This document shows, one piece after another, positions 1 to 10,000 of a stretch of 64,000 nucleotides of DNA. The stretch's first letter is position 1. The number at the start of each line of letters is the position of its first letter. The position numbers and the translations under genes are program-made. Origin of the DNA: an uncultured Latescibacterota bacterium (GTDB lineage Bacteria; Latescibacterota; UBA2968). Below the pieces are notes generated by a model. That model saw nothing but the letters and a program-made list of their open reading frames with translations, was not told the DNA's origin and made no database searches. The stretch is taken from positions 6,315,407 to 6,379,406 of the forward strand of contig OX638329.1 of the NCBI GenBank assembly GCA_951812755.1, given 5' to 3'.

Positions 1-3000
1 TTTCTGGCGCAACGACAGTGACGGTGTCGGTTGGGAAGACGGGTGACAGTGCGGCGTCGGGTACGGACTACACATCAGTGAATAATTTCACGGTGACGAT
101 TGCCGCAGAGCAAGCGAGTGGGACAGGGACATTTACGCTGACGCCTGCAAACGATTCGATAGCGGAAGGGGACGAGAAGATTTCCGTGACGGGTTCTGCT
201 ACTCTGACAGTGACGGATGCGGAATTGACGATTACGGACAACGACACGGCGCCGACAGCACTGAGGCTATCTGTGTCACCGAGTTCTGTTGGTGAGGGTG
301 CTTCGGGAACGACAGTGACGGTGACGGCGACACTGGATGGGAGTGTGACGCTTTCTGGCGCAACGACGGTGACGGTGTCTGTCGGGAAGACGGGTGACAC
401 TGCGACATCGGGTACGGATTACACTGGGGTATCGGATATCACAGTGACGATTGCCGCAGAGCAGGCGAGTGGGACAGGGACATTCACGCTGACGCCGACG
501 GACGATTCGGTTGCAGAAGGGGATGAGAAGATTTCCGTGACGGGTTCTGCTACTCTGACAGTGACGGATGCGGAATTGACGATTACAGACAATGACACAG
601 CGCCGACAGCACTGAGGTTATCTGTGTCACCGAGTTCTGTTGGTGAGGGTGCTTCGGGAACGACAGTGACGGTGACGGCGACGCTGGCTGGGAGTGTGAC
701 GCTTTCTGGCGCAACGACGGTGACAGTGTCCGTAGGGAAGACGAGTGACAGTGCGACGTCGGGTACGGATTACACTGGGGTATCGGATATCACAGTGACG
801 ATTGCCGCAGAGCAGGCGAGTGGGACAGGGATGTTTATACTGACGCCGACGGACGATTCGACTGCGGAAGGGGATGAGACGATTTCAGTGACGGGTTCTG
901 CTGACCTGACAGTGACGGATGCGGAACTGACGATTACGGACAATGACATGGCTTCGACGGGGATTGCGTTGAGTTTGAGTCCGGATAGTGTGACGGAGAA
1001 TGGTGGGGCGACGACCGTGACGGTGACAGCGACGCTGAATGGTGCTACGCGGTCAGTGGCGACGACGGTGACGATATCCGTCGGGAAGACGGGTGACACT
1101 GCGAAGTCGGGTACGGATTACACTGGGGTATCGGATATCACAGTGACGATTGCCGCAGAGCAGGCGAGTGGGACAGGGACGTTCTCGATCTCGCCGACAG
1201 ATGATTCGATTTCAGAGGGGAATGAGAAGATTTCCGTGACGGGTTCTGCTACTCTGACAGTGACGGATGCGGAATTGACGATTACGGACAACGACACGGC
1301 GCCGACAGCACTGAGGCTATCTGTGTCACCGGGTTCTGTTGGTGAGGGTGCTTCGGGGACGACTGTGACAGTGACGGCGACGCTGGATGGGAGTGTGACG
1401 CTTTCTGACGCAACGACGGTGACGATTTCGGTTGGAGATGTCAGTGACAGTGCTACGTCGGGTACGGACTACACATCAGTGAATAATTTCACGGTGACGA
1501 TTGCCGCAGAGCAGGCGAGTGGGACAGGGACGTTCACGCTGACGCCTGCGGACGATTCGGTTGCGGAGGGGGATGAGACGATTTCCGTGACGGGTTCTGT
1601 TACCGGTCTGACAGTGACGGCCACCGAGTTGACGATTACAGATAATGACACGGCACCGACAGCACTGAGGCTGTCTGTGTCGCCGGGTTCTGTTGGTGAG
1701 GGTAATTCAGGGACGACTATAACAGTGACGGCGAGGCTGGATGGGAGTGTGACGCTTTCTGGTGCAACGACGGTGACAGTTTCGGTAGGGGATGCCAGTG
1801 ATAGCGCTACGCCGGGTACGGACTACACAGGGGTATCGAATTTTACAGTGACGATTGCTGCGGAGCAGTTGAGTGGGACAGGGACATTTATACTGACGCC
1901 GACGGATGATTTGATTGTGGAGGGGGATGAGACGGTTTCAGTGACGGGTTCTGCTACTGGTCTGACGGTGACAGATACAGAGTTGACAATCACAGACAAT
2001 GACATAGCCTCGACGGGGATCGCGTTGAGCTTGAGTCCGAATAGTGTGACGGAGAATGGTGGGGTACAGACCGTGACAGTGACGGCGACGCTGAACGGAG
2101 CGACACGGTCGGTGGCGACAACGGCGACAGTGTCTGTCGGGGATGCCAATGACAGCGCGGCGTCGGGTACGGATTACACATCAGTGAGTAATTTCACGGT
2201 GACGATTACTGCGGGTCAAACGAGTGGGACAGGGACGTTCTCGATCTCTCCGACGGACGATTCGATTGTGGAACAGAATGAGAAGATTTCAGTGACGGGA
2301 TCTGCTGCTGGGCTGACAGTGACAGATACAGAACTGACAATTACAGATAATGACGCGGCACCACCACCACCGCCACCACCGCCACCACCGCCACCACCGC
2401 CACCACCACCACCGCCGCCACCACCAGGTACACCACCACCAGTAACGCCGCCAACACCGTCACCACCGCCGCCAACACCTGCCGCGGTCACGGTGACGAG
2501 GGCACTGGCAACCAGTATGGTTGTCAACTGGCAGGTGCCAGAAGGATCGGTCGCCTCGAGCTATGACCTGCGCTATCGACAGGGCAGCACCGGAGACTTT
2601 ATAGATGGTCCGCAGAACATAATCGGGACCAGAACGATCATTCTGAGACTGAGTCCCAATACCGAATACGAGATACAGGTGCGGGCGAGTAATTCTACAG
2701 GCGATGGCGATTGGTCGGAATGGGTCGCTGCACGGACCAGCACGCCGATTCCAAAAGATCGTTTTTCTCTTTCTCTGGATATAGATGATTCAGAAGGGGA
2801 TCAGGCAGTGTCCGCGTTTGGGGTTTCTCCCAATAGCGTTGTTTCCATTCAGATTTTTGGGAAAGCTATTCCGGATGTCAATGATCTTTCCGTGCGCTTT
2901 GAATACGATGGGACACAGGTGGCCTACGAGGGGTTTAGGCGGGGTCCTGTTTTATCGGGCACGTCCGCGCTTTCTGGCAAGGATTTTGTGAATATTGGGA

Positions 3001-3683
3001 TGACGTTATCCGATAGTGATACAAGGGCAGATAGCGGTCTTGTGGGCACGATTCGCTTTCGTATGACGGATGCGATATCAGAGACAGAGATACGCCTGGT
3101 GCGGGTTAAACTCGTGCGAGCGGGGCAGTCCGAGACAGTGCCTATGTTCCTCAGCGTTGCCTTGCAGAGGGCTTCTGTTGGCGTACCGATCAGTGGTCCT
3201 TCTCCAGATTTTGACGGGAATGGGACGGTGGATATCATCGACTTTTTGCTCTTTGTGGAGGTGTTCGGGCTAAAGGTGGGGCAAGAGCGGTATGAGGCAA
3301 AATACGATCTGGATGGGAATGGGGAGATAGGGATCCCCGATTTTCTGCTCTTTGTCGATAGCTTTGGCAAGGAGGTGAGTCAGGTGCCGATCTTTACGTC
3401 AGAGCGTCCTGTCATGCGCTTTGTTGAGGAGAACACGCCACCGGGTCCGATAGGCGAGCCGATCTCAGCGACGAGTGCCAATGGTGAATCTCTCACGTAT
3501 AGCCTGTGGGGTGTTGATGCCGAGTATTTTGCCATAGATGCGAGCACAGGTCAGCTTGAGACGAAAGAGATGCATAATTTTGAGGACCGGAACTGGTATG
3601 CTCCGATTGTGCGGGTGAGCGATGGCCAGGGTGGGCATGTGAGTGTGGTGGTGCGTGTTGCGGTTATCGATATCGCCGAATAG
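1..3683 (+). CDS. Large secreted/surface protein, 5' truncated by window: >=7 Calx-beta-like ~117-aa repeats, poly-Pro linker, FN3, cohesin-like, dockerin-like (2 EF-hand-type loops), cadherin-like domain
   Basis: ORF 18..3683 open to window edge; repeats ending ITDND with A.SGTDY and EGDE motifs; DFDGNGTVDIIDFLLF / DLDGNGEIGIPDFLLF pair; V.ENTP..FAID..TGQL cadherin motif. Confidence 0.85.
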   Translation, partial: SGATTVTVSVGKTGDSAASGTDYTSVNNFTVTIAAEQASGTGTFTLTPANDSIAEGDEKISVTGSATLTVTDAELTITDNDTAPTALRLSVSPSSVGEGASGTTVTVTATLDGSVTLSGATTVTVSVGKTGDTATSGTDYTGVSDITVTIAAEQASGTGTFTLTPTDDSVAEGDEKISVTGSATLTVTDAELTITDNDTAPTALRLSVSPSSVGEGASGTTVTVTATLAGSVTLSGATTVTVSVGKTSDSATSGTDYTGVSDITVTIAAEQASGTGMFILTPTDDSTAEGDETISVTGSADLTVTDAELTITDNDMASTGIALSLSPDSVTENGGATTVTVTATLNGATRSVATTVTISVGKTGDTAKSGTDYTGVSDITVTIAAEQASGTGTFSISPTDDSISEGNEKISVTGSATLTVTDAELTITDNDTAPTALRLSVSPGSVGEGASGTTVTVTATLDGSVTLSDATTVTISVGDVSDSATSGTDYTSVNNFTVTIAAEQASGTGTFTLTPADDSVAEGDETISVTGSVTGLTVTATELTITDNDTAPTALRLSVSPGSVGEGNSGTTITVTARLDGSVTLSGATTVTVSVGDASDSATPGTDYTGVSNFTVTIAAEQLSGTGTFILTPTDDLIVEGDETVSVTGSATGLTVTDTELTITDNDIASTGIALSLSPNSVTENGGVQTVTVTATLNGATRSVATTATVSVGDANDSAASGTDYTSVSNFTVTITAGQTSGTGTFSISPTDDSIVEQNEKISVTGSAAGLTVTDTELTITDNDAAPPPPPPPPPPPPPPPPPPPPPPGTPPPVTPPTPSPPPPTPAAVTVTRALATSMVVNWQVPEGSVASSYDLRYRQGSTGDFIDGPQNIIGTRTIILRLSPNTEYEIQVRASNSTGDGDWSEWVAARTSTPIPKDRFSLSLDIDDSEGDQAVSAFGVSPNSVVSIQIFGKAIPDVNDLSVRFEYDGTQVAYEGFRRGPVLSGTSALSGKDFVNIGMTLSDSDTRADSGLVGTIRFRMTDAISETEIRLVRVKLVRAGQSETVPMFLSVALQRASVGVPISGPSPDFDGNGTVDIIDFLLFVEVFGLKVGQERYEAKYDLDGNGEIGIPDFLLFVDSFGKEVSQVPIFTSERPVMRFVEENTPPGPIGEPISATSANGESLTYSLWGVDAEYFAIDASTGQLETKEMHNFEDRNWYAPIVRVSDGQGGHVSVVVRVAVIDIAE

Positions 3684-3753
3684 GTCACATTTGTTCAGCA
3701 GATGCTACAGAAAACGTATTGAAAGTACCTGATTTTTTTATATCTTGTATTAT

Positions 3754-3784
3754 TACAAACGTTTTTGTATTACTACAAACGTTT
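3754..3784. promoter_or_regulatory. Two tandem TACAAACGTTT operator-like sites upstream of the SRCR gene
   Basis: TACAAACGTTTTTGTA at 3754 and TACAAACGTTT at 3774; the perfect palindrome recurs at 10900. Confidence 0.5.
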
Positions 3785-3794
3785 AATAATCTAA

Positions 3795-4013
3795 GAAGCT
3801 GTTTTAAAATTAATACCTGATGTTACGCATGTCAGGCGTTTTGTCATGCTGAGCGTAGCCGAAGCATCTTTTCCACCTGAGTTGGTAAGAGATGAACTGG
3901 CCTGAGAGGCGGCCAGTTGTACCCCGCTCCTTCGACTCCGCTGCGCTCCGCTCAGAATGACAGTGCAATAGAGCATAGCCAAGAAGGGGCAAAATGAGTT
4001 TTAAAACAGTCTC
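3795..4013 (+). mobile_element. MITE family A copy 1 (15-bp TIR GARRCTGTTTTAAAA)
   Basis: Ends GAAGCTGTTTTAAAA / TTTTAAAACAGTCTC; five more copies in window; flanks here TAA/TTA. Confidence 0.85.
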
Positions 4014-4078
4014 TTAGATGCTGTAACTGTTTTGTAGCGCGGTCTCTAACCGGTAACCCATTAAATTGGAGGGGAAAA

Positions 4079-6898
4079 ATGTCTTTCAGAGAGAAAAAAA
4101 GTTCGATTTTCTCATTTTTAGCCGTTGCGGTAATTGTCATGTTCTCTGGAGAAGCCGCGGCACAAAACGTGACAAGCTGTCCTTCACCACCCATTAGACT
4201 TCTTCAAGATAATACGACAGTATCTACAGAGAATAACGGAATACTTGAAGGCAGGCTTGAGGTCTGTATAAACAATGCATGGGGAACCGTATGTGACGAT
4301 TACTTTACGAAAGTAGATGCTGTTGTAGCATGTCGTCAGTTGGGCTATACGGACGGAAAAGTGACAACGCGCGACCCGCGTGACGACCCTGCAGCGGTTT
4401 TTGGTGTGGGTCAGGGGAATATTTTGATGGACAATGTCCATTGTTCGGGTGACGAGACAAAACTGGTGGATTGCCAGCATCATAAGACTCCCAATTGTTT
4501 TCGGTTTGAAGAGGTTAATATCTCCTGCAGCAATCCCGTCCCGAATATCACGACGCCCAGCGCGATATCAGTTCCGGGGAATCAATTGCATGTGATACAG
4601 TTCGAAGCGACCATCGCCCACAACCGGGTAGATGATCTGACCTGGACGATTCCAGGTGGTACTGATGGTGGTGCGGACTCTACACATTTCGAGCTGGCGA
4701 AAGACGGCAGCCTCTCGTTTAAGACAATGAAAAATCCCAATTCTCCCGATGATGCCAATATGGACGGCAGCTATAAATTGAACGTAAAGGTGGCAGACGG
4801 CGAGATGGGTATGGGTTCGTCTGATACGGAATCGTTCACGATTGCGCTTTTGTCCGCAGACAGTGATGCGCCAGGTCTGACTTCGAAGGATGTCGAAGGC
4901 TCATCGCTCACGCTTGTGTACGATGAGGAACTGGACGGGGGATCCGTACCTGCGACAAGCGCCTTCACGGTGAAGGTTGACAATGTTTCTCGTGCAGTCA
5001 ATAACGTCGCAGTAGAGGGGCAATCGGTCATTTTGACGCTGGCTTCGCCGGTGGCGGATGGCGAAGAGGTGAAATTGAGCTATGCCAAACCAACCACAAA
5101 CCCCATCCAGGATAGGGCGGGAAATGACGCGCCCGTGTTCTCCGAAATGATGGTACAGGTCTCCGATGCGATTATTTCACGGATCATGTTGGTGGACAGC
5201 ATTTCCGACATCGACCTTTTGGAATTGAGCCAGGATCGAAACAATCCGACGACTGTCGATTTGAGCAACTACTCAATTGACGAGTTCGGACTTCGAGTCG
5301 ATATCGCCGATGGCGTGACGGTTAGTAGTGTATTCATGGAATTGCGTTACACGAGTCCGAATGGCGCCAAGTGGTGGAGAGACCAGAAGGAGAATAGCAA
5401 ACCTTACTCATTGTGGGGCAAAAAAGGCGGAAATATCAGGGGATATCGGCTGCCTGCGGGCGACTATACATTCCTCGCGAGAGCGAAAGAGAACAAACTA
5501 TTCCATGGGCCCAACGTGGTGTGGATTCAAGTTCTGGTTCTCGATGAGGTCAATCTGTCGTTTTCCGTTATGGGTTCAACTCCGAGAGCACGGGCGACAA
5601 CGCCCACCCAGCTAACGGCTGAATTCGACGGCTTTCCAGACTCGCACGACGGGCAGACGCCGTTCAGCTTCCAGATCGATTTCAGCGAGGATATCACAGG
5701 GAACGCAGACGATATGCGCGACCACGCGCTCAGCGTCAGCGGCGGCACGGTGACGAGTGCCTCCCGCGTGGATAACCGGGCCGACTTGTGGAGCTTCACG
5801 ATCACCCCGTCGGGTACCGAGAATATCACGATTAGTCTCCTGGGCAGGCGGGCCTGTTCCGAAGCCGGCGCGATATGCACTTCAGGCGATAAGGAACTCG
5901 CCATCTCGATAGGGACCCTCATCCCGTTTATCAGCACACCTGCGGCGGTGGTTGTCCCCACGCCGCTGACGGCGAGTTTTGAGAATATGCCCGCGTCACA
6001 CGACGGCAGCGCGTTCACTTTTGAGTTGCTCTTCAGCGAGGAGGTCAGCATCGGCTATGCGACCGTGCGCGACGATGTGCTCAGCGTGTCCGAGGGCACG
6101 GTGACGAGGGCGACGCGGAAGAATGCGCCCAGCAACATGGGTTGGGACATCACGGTGGCGCCATCATCGGATGCGGATGTGTCCATCGCACTGTCGCCCA
6201 CGACCGATTGCACGGCAGATGGTGCTGTCTGCACCGGGGATGGCAAAGCGTTGTCGAGCAGTCTGTCGGAGACGGTGACCGGTCCTCTGCCCTCGCTGAC
6301 AGCGAACTTCACGGACGCGCCCGCGTCGCACGATGGCTCGACCATCTTCACCGTCAACCTGTCGTTCAGCGAGCCAGTGGCCGTCAGCTACAAGGTCCTG
6401 CGCGACCAGGCCCTCAGCGCGAGCAATGGCACCATCAGCCGCTGCCACCGCGTGAACGGACGCAACGACCTGTGGAAAGTCCACATAGAACCCACTGCCA
6501 ACGCCGATGTGACGGTGAGCCTGTCAGCTACGACAGACTGCGCCGCCGCAGACGCGGTGTGTACGTCGGATGACAGGCCGCTGTCGAACAGTTCGTCGGA
6601 AACCATCGCCGGTCCCCCGCTGAACTTCGGTCTGGATGTGAACTATCCCAATCCGTTTAACCCCGAGACGCAGATTGCCTATACCCTGTCTGAGGCTGGT
6701 CCTGTGGAATTGGCGATTTACAATATTATGGGTCAGCGGGTGCGAACGTTGATTCGGAGTGTGCAGGCTGCCGGTCGTTACCAGGTTGTGTGGAATGGTC
6801 GCGACGACAGAGGTGTGCAGGTGAGCACAGGGGTGTATCTCTCCCGGCTCTCTACTGCGGAAGGGGTGCAGGTGCGTCGAATGTTGTTGCTGAAATAG
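4079..6898 (+). CDS. Secreted protein: signal peptide, SRCR domain, cadherin-like, SwmB-like, three Cys-containing Ig-like repeats, C-terminal FlgD-Ig/secretion-tail domain
   Basis: EGRLEV..WGTVCDD..A.VACRQLG..G.G.I.MDNVHCSGDE..L.DC SRCR signature; LTLVYDEELD SwmB-like; 3x P.SHDG repeats; NYPNPFNPET tail; RBS GGAGG. Confidence 0.85.
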   Translation: MSFREKKSSIFSFLAVAVIVMFSGEAAAQNVTSCPSPPIRLLQDNTTVSTENNGILEGRLEVCINNAWGTVCDDYFTKVDAVVACRQLGYTDGKVTTRDPRDDPAAVFGVGQGNILMDNVHCSGDETKLVDCQHHKTPNCFRFEEVNISCSNPVPNITTPSAISVPGNQLHVIQFEATIAHNRVDDLTWTIPGGTDGGADSTHFELAKDGSLSFKTMKNPNSPDDANMDGSYKLNVKVADGEMGMGSSDTESFTIALLSADSDAPGLTSKDVEGSSLTLVYDEELDGGSVPATSAFTVKVDNVSRAVNNVAVEGQSVILTLASPVADGEEVKLSYAKPTTNPIQDRAGNDAPVFSEMMVQVSDAIISRIMLVDSISDIDLLELSQDRNNPTTVDLSNYSIDEFGLRVDIADGVTVSSVFMELRYTSPNGAKWWRDQKENSKPYSLWGKKGGNIRGYRLPAGDYTFLARAKENKLFHGPNVVWIQVLVLDEVNLSFSVMGSTPRARATTPTQLTAEFDGFPDSHDGQTPFSFQIDFSEDITGNADDMRDHALSVSGGTVTSASRVDNRADLWSFTITPSGTENITISLLGRRACSEAGAICTSGDKELAISIGTLIPFISTPAAVVVPTPLTASFENMPASHDGSAFTFELLFSEEVSIGYATVRDDVLSVSEGTVTRATRKNAPSNMGWDITVAPSSDADVSIALSPTTDCTADGAVCTGDGKALSSSLSETVTGPLPSLTANFTDAPASHDGSTIFTVNLSFSEPVAVSYKVLRDQALSASNGTISRCHRVNGRNDLWKVHIEPTANADVTVSLSATTDCAAADAVCTSDDRPLSNSSSETIAGPPLNFGLDVNYPNPFNPETQIAYTLSEAGPVELAIYNIMGQRVRTLIRSVQAAGRYQVVWNGRDDRGVQVSTGVYLSRLSTAEGVQVRRMLLLK

Positions 6899-6951
6899 GA
6901 TATTGTGAAGTGGGACGGTTGATCCGCAGATGACGCAGAAAAAACGCGAGT

Positions 6952-6987
6952 GAGCGGTGTACAACTGGCCGCCTCTCAGGCCAGTTC
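6952..6987 (-). repeat. 36-bp hairpin micro-element
   Basis: Same sequence at 33983-34018 and (1 mismatch) 3894-3929. Confidence 0.8.
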
Positions 6988-7027
6988 ATTTGAGCGTTTT
7001 ACGCAGATGACGCACTGGAGATGATTT

Positions 7028-10000
7028 ATGTACAACGCCGGGTCCCACCGCATCTGCTGCACCGCAGGGCTGTTGATGGTACTCGCCTTTCTCCTCGGCT
7101 CGGGAACCTTTGCGTATGCCAACAACGCGCCAGTCATCACAACGACATCGCCGATTAGCGTGAAGGAGAACCTGACAGCGGTGGCGACGCTTACGGCCAC
7201 CGATGCGGACAACGACGCGATTACCTGGTCCAAGAACGGCGGGGACGACGCCGGCAAGTTCGCGCTGACCAATGCAGGCGTGTTGACGTTCATTGACGCA
7301 CCGAATTACGAGATTCCGACGGATTTGGATACCAATAACGACTATGTGGTGATTGTGCGGGCTTCGGACGGGACCGCCACGGCGGACCTGACGCTGACGG
7401 TCAATGTGAGCGACGACCTCGTTTGCGAGCGCACGGCGCAGGTGCGGGACGATATCGCGGTGGTATCGGGGGTGAGCGATTGCGGCGATATCACGGCGGC
7501 GCACCTGTCCGCGATTACCGCGCTCAAATTGTCGGGCACGAAAATCACAGCTCTGCAGTCCGGGGACTTTTCGGGTCTGACCGCGCTACAGACGCTCTGG
7601 CTGGATAATAACGAGGCTTTGAGCACGCTGCCAGAGGACGTGTTTTCGGGTCTGACCGCATTGGAGACGCTTGCCCTGCATAACAACGCTTTTAGCGCGT
7701 TGCCGGAGGGCATCTTTTCGGGTCTGACCGCGCTGAAGACGCTCTACCTGAGTAGCAATGCTTTGAGCACGCTGCCAGAGGACGTGTTTTCGGATCTGAC
7801 CGCATTAGAGACGCTTGCCCTGCATGACAACGCTTTTAGCACGCTGCCGAAGGACGTGTTCTCGGATTTGACCGCTCTGAAGACGCTCTGGCTGGATCGC
7901 AACGCTTTTAGCACGCTGCCGGAGGGTATTTTTTCAGGGCTGACCGCGCTGCGGGAACTCACCCTGGCTCGCAACGCTTTTAGCGCGTTGCCGGAGGGTA
8001 TTTTTTCGGGTCTGACCGCGTTGCAGGAACTCCATCTGCAGAACAACACCGATTTGGGCACGCTTCCGGAGGGCATCTTTTCCGGACTGACTGCACTGGA
8101 GAGGCTCTCTCTGTATTACACCGGTTTGAGTACGCTTCCGGAGGGTATTTTTTCGGGTCTGACCGCGCTGAAGACGCTCTATCTGAATGACAATGATCTG
8201 AGTAACAATGCTTTGGGCACGCTTCCGGAGGGTATTTTTTCAGGGCTGACCGCGCTGGAGACCCTCAGTCTGTATTACAACGATTTTAGCACGTTGCCGG
8301 AGGGCATCTTTTCGGGTCTGACTGCGCTGAAGAGGCTCTGGATGAATCACAATGCTTTTAGCACGCTTCCGGAGAGTATCTTTTCGGGTCTGACCGCGCT
8401 GCAGGAGCTATGGCTGCACGACAACGCGGTCAATCCGCTACCGCTTACGGTGTCGCTGGAGAAGGTAGGAGAGAGCCAGTTCAAGGCTGTGATGCCCACG
8501 GGCGCGCCGTTCGCGCTGGTCCTTCCGGTGAGCATCAGCGGTGCTGGTGCCATTGACGCCAGCACCATCGCGATTCCGAAAGGCGCGGTGGAGAGCGAGC
8601 CACTGGCCGTCGCGAGCGTGACCGGCACGGCCGTCACGGTGACCGTCGATATCGGCACGCTGCCCGATCTGCCTGGTCAAGATCAGAGTCCCAAAGACCA
8701 TCAGGGCTACATCCTGCAGAAAGACGCCAGCTTGCCGCTAACGATTCTGGCCCCGGTGAACGAGACGCCGGTGCTCAGCACAGGTGATACCAGTGCAGAT
8801 GAGGACGATGGGACGATGACGTTCACGGTGACGCTGAGCCTGGCGAGTAGCCAGGCTGTGACGGTGATGTGGGTGACTTCGGACGGGACGGCGACAGCGG
8901 GCGATGATTATACGGCGGTGACAAATGGGAGTGTGACGTTCAGTGCTGGGGGTGCATTGAGCCAGACGATCAGTGTATCGATAGTGGATGATAATATAGA
9001 TGAGGCGGACGAGACCTTCACGGTGACGCTGAGCGATGCGGTGAATGCGACGCTGAGCGGCGGACAATCGACGCTGTCGGTGACCGGGACGATCCTCGAC
9101 GACGATGGTGCGGGAGTGCAATCATCACCGCCGCCACCACCGCCACCGCCACCAGATACACCACCAGTAACGCCGCCAGTAACACCACCAGTAACACCGC
9201 CAGTAACACCACCAGATACACCACCAGTAACGCCGCCAGTAACACCGCCAGTAACACCACCGCCACCACCGCCACCACCACCACCGCCACCACCGCCACC
9301 ACCACCGCCACCACCACCTGCCGCGGTCACGGTGACGAAGGTATTGGCAACCAGTATGGTTGTGAACTGGCAGGTGCCAGAAGGATCGGTTGTCTCGAGC
9401 TATGATCTGCGCTATAGAGAAGGTAGCACTGGAGACTTTATAGATGGTCCGCAAGATATAATCGGGACGAGAACGATCATCCCGGGACTGAATCCCGATA
9501 CCGAATACGAGATACAGGTGCGGGCGAGTAATTCTACAGGCGATGGCGAGTGGTCAGAATTGGGCATGGTGCGTACCAGCATACCGATTCCGAAAGACCG
9601 TTTTTCCCTTTCTCTGGATCTGGATGATTCAGAAGGGGATCAGTTCACATCCTTTCGCGGTGTTCCATCTGATGGCGGCAGTGCATCTGTCCAGATTTTT
9701 GGGAAGCGTCTTAGGGCTATTCCAGTAAACGATCTTTCCGTTCGCTTTGAATACGATGGGACACAGGTGGCCTACGAGGGGTTTAAGCGGGGTGATGTTT
9801 TATCGGGCACGTCTGCACTTTCTGGCAAAGATTTTGTGAATATTGGGATGACGTTATTCGATAGTGAAAGGAGGGCAGATAGCGGTCTTGTGGGCACGAT
9901 TCGCTTTCGCGCGATGGATGCGCTTTCAGAGACAGAGATACGCCTGGTGCGGGTTAAACTCGTGCGAGCAGGGCAGTCTGAGACAGTGCCTATGTTCCTC

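Noticed and set aside
6952..6990. AAC..GTT hairpin as an integron attC site
   Set aside because: Too short for attC, no cassette array or integrase, and found inside other repeats
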